From: an uncultured Chlamydiae bacterium
GTDB taxonomy: Bacteria > Chlamydiota > Chlamydiia > Chlamydiales > JAJFMB01
DNA: 64,000 nucleotides
NCBI GenBank assembly: GCA_963696295.1
Contig: CAVOJR010000001.1
Location: 2,208,001-2,272,000 of the forward strand
Direction: 5' to 3'
In this document: positions 58,145-64,000 of the stretch, one piece after another
How the letters are laid out: each line of letters begins with the position of its first letter
How positions within the stretch are numbered: position 1 is the first letter of the stretch
The notes under the pieces: generated by a model
Seen by the model: the letters and a program-made list of their open reading frames with translations, nothing else
Told to the model about the DNA's origin: nothing
The model's database searches: none
Translations under genes and position numbers: made by a program

Positions 58145-59380
58145 GGAGAGCGCTTCAGCGAGATCGTAGTAGGCGAGGACGATAAATTGCGTGGGGGAGT
58201 GCTGGATGGTTTCATCGACAAAAAAGACCCGCTTGTTCTCAATGGCAGAGAGGGAGTCAAAGGCAAAAGTCTCTAAAATCTGCCGCGCTGTTCCCGCGCT
58301 ATTCGAGGTGGCGACGATCAGGCAGTCCGGGTTGTAATTGACAATCTGCTCCTGGTTCATCGGAATCGACCAGTCATTGGCGTGCGCTTCAATCAGATTA
58401 TGCGGCAGGCAATGGGAGGCGCCGAGCCTTTCCAGGAGCTGCCACGTCAATGTTTTCGAGGAAGGGCAGGAATATTGTGTGTGGTAATTGAGATAGAGCA
58501 GGCGCTGATGGGCGATAGAGGTCCCCTGGCAGTGTTCGATTGCCCGGAGGCGGTTGTCGACGGCAAACATGGCGGCTTCCATAAAAATCGCGAGCAGCTC
58601 GGCTTCAAAAGGGCGGTTGATCACGTTGCCGACCCGGATGAGCGCGTGCCTGATATCCGGCAGCGTCTCTATTGCATTCAGGGAAAAGAGCTGTACGCCC
58701 TGGTTCTGCAACGCCTGCAGCGATGCGGGGTGGGAGTAATGGGAGACAAAGGCGACCTGGGGCTTTACCTGAAAAAAATGCTCCCCGTTATAGCGGTCGA
58801 TGTCGTATTTGATTTGGGCTGTCAGTTGCGGGGAAAAAAGTTCGGTCTGTTCCCGGATCCCTTTGGGAAGGGCGACGATTTGGACGGGATCGGCGAGAGC
58901 CAGGAGGAAGCTCGCTGCCGCATGGGTTTGGGGCAGAAATAAGTGGAAGGAGTCTTTTAAAGATATCAGAGTGCCGTTATCGTCGATAATGCCTTTCATT
59001 CTGTAATCGCTTTCGAGATGGATCAATTCCTCTTTGGGAGTATTCTGAAAGAGGCGCCCGAGCAGCTGTGCCCGGAGCCGCGCTTCCGGCGGGAGCCTTT
59101 TGATGCCGATTAAGCCGTGGGTGTCGAGGATTTGCCCGTCGAGATCCCACTCAGATACCAGTTTGACCATTAACGAGAGGTCGCCATTTAGCGCCTGGAT
59201 GAGATCGGAGCGCTCCAAAGAGGAGAGCTGCGAGGGGAAAGCGCTCGGGTCGAGCTGTTTCTTCAGGTTAAAGTCGATATTTTTAGGCAGATCTTTTTGA
59301 GGGGAGGAGCGGAAGGCCGTCAGCCACCAGAGGGAGATGAACGCGAGAAGAGCGAGGTAAAGTGCAAAAGATTTTTTCAT
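58082..59380 (-). CDS. ABC transporter substrate-binding protein (helical-backbone, iron-complex/B12 type) with N-terminal extension
   Basis: N-terminal TM; EQIVNYNPD..IV, AIENKRVF.VD; first gene of the FecCD-type operon. Confidence 0.8.
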   Translation of the reverse strand: MKKSFALYLALLAFISLWWLTAFRSSPQKDLPKNIDFNLKKQLDPSAFPSQLSSLERSDLIQALNGDLSLMVKLVSEWDLDGQILDTHGLIGIKRLPPEARLRAQLLGRLFQNTPKEELIHLESDYRMKGIIDDNGTLISLKDSFHLFLPQTHAAASFLLALADPVQIVALPKGIREQTELFSPQLTAQIKYDIDRYNGEHFFQVKPQVAFVSHYSHPASLQALQNQGVQLFSLNAIETLPDIRHALIRVGNVINRPFEAELLAIFMEAAMFAVDNRLRAIEHCQGTSIAHQRLLYLNYHTQYSCPSSKTLTWQLLERLGASHCLPHNLIEAHANDWSIPMNQEQIVNYNPDCLIVATSNSAGTARQILETFAFDSLSAIENKRVFFVDETIQHSPTQFIVLAYYDLAEALSHHKLNNLQLAKPQMLSSIQP

Positions 59381-59411
59381 AAAAAAAAGCCCCGCATTTT
59401 CATGCAGGGCT
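59381..59411 (-). terminator. Intrinsic terminator after groEL
   Basis: Minus strand AGCCCTGCAT-GAAA-ATGCGGGGCT followed by a T-tract. Confidence 0.75.
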
Positions 59412-59424
59412 AAAATTTAAATTT

Positions 59425-61023
59425 TTAAACGGCTTCTTCGTCTTCAGGAGCGTCGGCGATGAGCGCTTCTGAAATTAAGACGATGCCGGCGGTAGAGATA
59501 GCGTGGATCAGGCAGTTCTTCACGACTTTGACCGGATCCATCACACCTGCTTCCATCAAGTCCTCGACTTTCTCGGTCATGGCGTTAAACCCGAAATTGG
59601 CGGGTTTGCTTTTTACTTCGGCCAAAACCACTGAGCCGTCTTTTCCGGTGTTGGTGACGATTTGCTTGAGAGGCGTTTCGCAAGCGAAGTAGACGATGTC
59701 GGCGCCAAGGGCCTCGTCGCCGCTCAATTTCAGCTTTTTGATAGCCTGGCTTGCGCGGAGCAGCATCACGCCGCCGCCGGGGCCAACCCCTTCTTCGAGA
59801 GCGGAACGGGTTGAGTTCAAGCTGTCTTCAAACATCTGTTTCTTTTGCTTTAATTCCGGTTCGGTCGCGGCACCGACGCGGATCACGGCCACACCGCCGC
59901 TCAATTTCGCTTTGCGCTCTTCCAGCTTCTCTTTGTCGTAGCTGTTTTCGGCGAGCGAGATCTCTTTTTCGAGCTGCTTGATGCGCGCCTGGATTTTCTC
60001 CTCGGATCCTGAGCCTTGCACGATGGTGGTGTGCTCTTTGGTGATCTCGAGCTTTTCGCAAGTGCCTAAAGCGGAAGGAGGAATATCTTTAAGAGAGTTG
60101 CCTGTCTCTTCCGAAATGACGGTGCCGCCAGTGATGGTGGCAATATCTTCCAGCATCGCTTTTCTGCGGTCGCCAAAGCCCGGGGCTTTTACGGCGGCCA
60201 CTTTCAGCGTGCCGCGCAGTTTGTTCACCACCAGAGTAGAGAGCGCATCCCCTTCGATGTCTTCGGCGATGATGAGAAGCTCTTTGCCGGTGCTGGCGAT
60301 GGTTTGGAGAACCGGAAGGATCTCATGAATATTATTTATTTTACGGTCGATAATCAGGATTTGCGGACGGTGCATTTCGATGATCATTTTTTCCATGTTG
60401 GTGCAGAAATAGGCGCTGATATAGCCCCGGTCAAACTGCATCCCTTCAACCACATCGATCGTCGTGGTGGTTCCTTTGGCTTCTTCGATCGTGACCACGC
60501 CTGTCTTGTTCACTTTGTCCATCGCTTCGGCGATGAGGCGGCCGATCTCTTCGTTGCCGGAAGCGGAAGCGGTGGCGATGTTAAAGATTTCTTTTGAATT
60601 TTTGACAGGCAGCGCCATCTTTTCGAGCTCTTTGAGGACGGCTTCGAGCGCCTTGTCCATGCCCCGCTTCAGGCCGATCGGGCTTGCGCCGGTGGCGATA
60701 TAGCGGATTCCCTGCTCTACCAGAGCGCGCAGAATCAAAGTCACAGTCGTCGTGCCGTCGCCGCATTTTTGTTTGATTTTTTCCACGACTTCTTTAGCCA
60801 TGGAAACGCCCATGTTTTCGTAGGTATTTTTTAATTGAATTTCTTTGACGATGCTGTTGCCGTCATTGGTGATCGTGGGGGCGCCCCATCCTTTCTCCAA
60901 TCCGACATTCCGCCCTTTGGGCCCCAATGTAAAAGCTACCACATCGGCGAGCTTTTTGATTCCCGCGAGCAAGTATTCGCGGGCTTCTTCTTCGAAGATG
61001 ATTTCTTTAGGTGTAGAAGACAT
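59425..61023 (-). CDS. groEL: Chaperonin GroEL paralogue (no adjacent groES, acidic tail instead of GGM repeats)
   Basis: TLGPKGRNV, GDGTTT, GMQFDRGY, KAPGFGDRRK. Confidence 0.95.
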   Translation of the reverse strand: MSSTPKEIIFEEEAREYLLAGIKKLADVVAFTLGPKGRNVGLEKGWGAPTITNDGNSIVKEIQLKNTYENMGVSMAKEVVEKIKQKCGDGTTTVTLILRALVEQGIRYIATGASPIGLKRGMDKALEAVLKELEKMALPVKNSKEIFNIATASASGNEEIGRLIAEAMDKVNKTGVVTIEEAKGTTTTIDVVEGMQFDRGYISAYFCTNMEKMIIEMHRPQILIIDRKINNIHEILPVLQTIASTGKELLIIAEDIEGDALSTLVVNKLRGTLKVAAVKAPGFGDRRKAMLEDIATITGGTVISEETGNSLKDIPPSALGTCEKLEITKEHTTIVQGSGSEEKIQARIKQLEKEISLAENSYDKEKLEERKAKLSGGVAVIRVGAATEPELKQKKQMFEDSLNSTRSALEEGVGPGGGVMLLRASQAIKKLKLSGDEALGADIVYFACETPLKQIVTNTGKDGSVVLAEVKSKPANFGFNAMTEKVEDLMEAGVMDPVKVVKNCLIHAISTAGIVLISEALIADAPEDEEAV

Positions 61024-61118
61024 ACGTGTTTTCTCCTTGTAATTACGGTGTTATCCGCCTACTTGTTTCTTGTAACAGTTAGTCTAGACCAAAATGGGTT
61101 TTTTGCAAAGCATGCCAA

Positions 61119-61352
61119 TTACCTGTCAAAAACCAGCTCTCTGTGAACGTGAGGTTTCGGGCAATAGGTTTTGGTAGGAATTAATTTTACTTTGGCCGGA
61201 CATTGGGGGGATTTGATGGTTTCCGGGCAGCTCATTTGCAGCATCATCAGCTGGTAATCGAGGGGATTTTTGGTAAAATTTTTACCGCCTTTTAAAACGA
61301 AGGCGTAGGGGTGTAGAATCATTCGCAAATCATTACTGAATTTAAAGGTCAT
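61119..61352 (-). CDS. Small hypothetical protein
   Basis: 77-aa ORF with GGAGG upstream. Confidence 0.35.
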   Translation of the reverse strand: MTFKFSNDLRMILHPYAFVLKGGKNFTKNPLDYQLMMLQMSCPETIKSPQCPAKVKLIPTKTYCPKPHVHRELVFDR

Positions 61353-61489
61353 GGAGCCCTCCGAAACGGCGTGTGATGAATCAGAATATCGCGAAAGAGA
61401 TATTCTTGTAAAGCTCCATAAAAATATATAAATTACTTTAATTTTAGCGGTAATTAATATTTTGTTATTATGTTCCCATTTATAAACAC

Positions 61490-61514
61490 ATTCCGCTGAT
61501 CAAATCAGCGGAAT
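61490..61514. terminator. Perfect 11-bp hairpin after the large minus-strand gene
   Basis: ATTCCGCTGAT-CAA-ATCAGCGGAAT. Confidence 0.55.
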
Positions 61515-61526
61515 CTTTTTAAAACA

Positions 61527-64000
61527 TTATATGTAGGCTATCTCTTCCCGCTCTTCCACTTTTCTTGAGAGATCCATCACATTAGCCAGGAACTTTTTGT
61601 TTTTCTGCATCTCTTCCGACTCTCCCTGTGTCAAGGCTTTGAGCGTGCGCTGGTACGTTTTCATGTCTTCGACGACATAATGGTAGTTTGGCATAGAGGT
61701 CTTCAGCGCCACATCCATCTTTAATTCCCACAGATCCTCATTGCTGAAGTCAAACTGGTCGAAGAACTGTCCCTGGTGGTAGAACATCCCTTTCTCCTGG
61801 AGGACTTTTTCGATGGCGCCTTGCGCGTCTACGATCTCTTTGGCCATGCGCAATGCTTCGATTAGCGGGGCATACTTTTTTTGAATTTCCTCAATCTCAT
61901 CTCTGATTTTCTTTCTCTCTGCTTCCCGCGCGGCCATGTCCGCGATGGTTTTGTTGATCGAACCCACAGATTGGATCAGGTTAGGAATCACCTGGGCAAA
62001 CATGTTATGGCAATCATCGCGGTTGCATGTTTGAGCTTCCAATACAGTGCACCCTTCTGCGGGACTGAATTTCGTATTTCCTTTATGGACGTTATAAACA
62101 ATACGCCCATAGGTTTGTTCGAGGAAAGGGACTTGTGATAGATTCTGCTGATATCTGTTCCAGGTATCTTCATCGAAGAGCGTAGAGGTTTTGAAATTAA
62201 AGCCGCTAGCGCTGGCCTTTTTGACGATGTCAGTCGAGACCAGTTGATCAAACGACTCCTGCAGCGCTTTTAAACTCCTTGGCGACGGGTCGGTTCTTAA
62301 ATCGCCCTGAAGTTTCACGATCTTTTCCACATGCTCGATAGTTTTTTTTCCAATCTTTGCGAGGTCGCCCCGTCCGGTATACTCATCGTCGCGCTGTCTT
62401 AGGCCGCTTTTCATGGTGCTTGTGAGATCGAAGGCTTTGACTTGCGAGATGGCCAGCTTATCTTTTTGATTCAGCGCTTCCAGCTCGGCTTCTTTTCGTT
62501 TCAGCTCTGCCAGCTTGGGCAGATACTTTTGAAGGTCGGCTTCGATTTTTGTATGCACCGCTTCAAATTTTCTGACGCTCTTTTTAGCGAATTCATCCTG
62601 GATCTCCTTCATGAGGATCTCATTTTTGGTCGGAATGGTGATCTCTTGTGTGAAAGCTTCGGCTTTCACTGCCAGTTTGAATTGATCTGGGACGCTCTTT
62701 TCGTTGATGGCGATGGCAAATTCCATGTCTCTACCTACTCCAAACTCGCCCGGAATAAAGTAGTCGTTCAGGTCGTCCGGCCCTTTGACATGGAGATGGG
62801 GAACCAATTGGTCGCTTTCCACGTTAACGAGGCTGGTGGCGCGCAGCGTTATGGTGTCCTCCACGCGGTCTTTGGGGATTTTATTATCCCCGAGGACGGC
62901 GCAGCGAACTTGAGCTTGCGGCACCGTGTCCTCTTTTAGCGTTCTCGCGTCAAAGAGTTTATACCCCTTTAGTTCATTGACGTTATGGGCTTTTAATTCT
63001 TTGGCAAACAGCTCGGCCTCCTGCTGGGCGATGAAAATAACACCGGACGAGCCGATCAGCGCGAAGTGGGAGGCTAAAAGCGGGTTGTTGGCAATCGCCG
63101 GGCTCACTTTAAAGTGCTTTCTTTGATCGGGTCTGATCAGATTTTTCATCGGGTTGAATTTTTCGATCTCTGTCAATTGCGTGTTGTCATCGAGGAAATC
63201 GAGCGTGACCGTCAGATGGGGGTCGCTCGCCATTTTCAGCTGCAGGGCCTGGAATCTGTCGAGGACTTCGACGATCCCTTCTGCGAGCTTTTCGGCGAGG
63301 CTGGTCGCTTCGGCTTCCGCTTCCGCCTGAGCCTGGGCTTCGGCTACGGCTTCCCCATCGGCGTTGACATGCAGGGTTTGCACCGGAGTATGCTCGTCAA
63401 AACGCTCTTTGAAAAAGTTTTTAGACCTTTCGATATGTTCCTGGTAAAACTCCTTTTTGACGGAGATGGCGCTGCCGGCAGCGGCGGCAAATCTTCCGGC
63501 CGTGTCAAAAAGGTCATTCAACCGCCGGTTGGCCAATTCCGTCTGTTCCTTGATATAGAGATCCCTCGCTGTGTTTGTCGTGGGAATACCATATTTCAGA
63601 TAGAGCGTGTTGATGGAGTACTCGACGAAACTGACGATAGCGCTTTTCTCTGTGAGGAATTTTTCATAGGCGGCTTTTTGTTCATCCTTTAGGGGTTTTG
63701 GCAGTTTTGCGAGTATTGAGGCTTCCAGGTGGGCTCCCGCTTGCTTGATATGCGCTTTCATCTCTTTTCTGAAGATGCTAAGAGCGCCTTTTTCTTCCCT
63801 GTTTTTTTCCTGCAGGCGGAGGAAATTGGCAATCTCTCTGGTTTGCATTTCCCTGGCCTGCATGCTATGGATCGTGTTCAAACGCTTTTGAATTTTAGCC
63901 AACTGCTGCTTCAGGGCGGAGATGCCGTCCTCGGTCATTTTCTTATCGAATTTTGCCTGGCCGGGCAGTGCAGTCTGGTTTTGCAGGGCGTCTTGATAAA
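61527..64000 (-). CDS. Large coiled-coil-rich hypothetical protein, 5'-truncated by the window edge
   Basis: Frame stays open from 63938 to the window end; more than 800 aa with no recognised motif. Confidence 0.75.
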   Translation of the reverse strand, partial: YQDALQNQTALPGQAKFDKKMTEDGISALKQQLAKIQKRLNTIHSMQAREMQTREIANFLRLQEKNREEKGALSIFRKEMKAHIKQAGAHLEASILAKLPKPLKDEQKAAYEKFLTEKSAIVSFVEYSINTLYLKYGIPTTNTARDLYIKEQTELANRRLNDLFDTAGRFAAAAGSAISVKKEFYQEHIERSKNFFKERFDEHTPVQTLHVNADGEAVAEAQAQAEAEAEATSLAEKLAEGIVEVLDRFQALQLKMASDPHLTVTLDFLDDNTQLTEIEKFNPMKNLIRPDQRKHFKVSPAIANNPLLASHFALIGSSGVIFIAQQEAELFAKELKAHNVNELKGYKLFDARTLKEDTVPQAQVRCAVLGDNKIPKDRVEDTITLRATSLVNVESDQLVPHLHVKGPDDLNDYFIPGEFGVGRDMEFAIAINEKSVPDQFKLAVKAEAFTQEITIPTKNEILMKEIQDEFAKKSVRKFEAVHTKIEADLQKYLPKLAELKRKEAELEALNQKDKLAISQVKAFDLTSTMKSGLRQRDDEYTGRGDLAKIGKKTIEHVEKIVKLQGDLRTDPSPRSLKALQESFDQLVSTDIVKKASASGFNFKTSTLFDEDTWNRYQQNLSQVPFLEQTYGRIVYNVHKGNTKFSPAEGCTVLEAQTCNRDDCHNMFAQVIPNLIQSVGSINKTIADMAAREAERKKIRDEIEEIQKKYAPLIEALRMAKEIVDAQGAIEKVLQEKGMFYHQGQFFDQFDFSNEDLWELKMDVALKTSMPNYHYVVEDMKTYQRTLKALTQGESEEMQKNKKFLANVMDLSRKVEEREEIAYI

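Noticed and set aside
6446..63692. Numerous antisense and alternate-frame ORFs in the track
   Set aside because: They overlap well-supported genes and lack motifs; treated as shadow ORFs.

Overview
This is chromosomal DNA from a Chlamydiota member, most likely an environmental, non-Chlamydiaceae lineage. The call rests on chlamydial gene order (UPF0158-dapF-clpP-glyA; cdsZ-rnpB; ABC-F-xerC-rnz...lon...tsaB-rpsU-dnaJ; comEC-SMI1/KNR4-ptsH-ptsI...ybaB-dnaX) plus extra genes such as hprK, folE, uppP and a PgpH-like HD protein. Most of the window is housekeeping genes, with rnpB and tRNA-His(GTG). Main non-routine signals: (1) three unrelated genes (folE, ftsK, an ABC substrate-binding gene) are each followed by a tandem array made from their own last 30-65 nt including the stop codon, each unit carrying a small hairpin; in one array the units are ATGA-coupled 18-aa mini-ORFs that relay to the next gene. 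(2) An AT-rich operon at the left edge encodes a heme-oxygenase-like diiron enzyme, a class III aminotransferase and an A-T-R NRPS-like enzyme, resembling the fragin/valdiazen ham core. (3) A 1238-aa vWA plus RING-like effector candidate. (4) A 133-bp MITE with 23-bp TIRs and an 8-bp TSD. (5) A strongly structured leader before an NSS transporter. (6) A cluster of small secreted peptides. Single-base frameshifts in dnaJ and ftsK suggest indel errors in the assembly, so frame-dependent claims need read-level checks. All calls come from reading motifs by eye; no searches were run.
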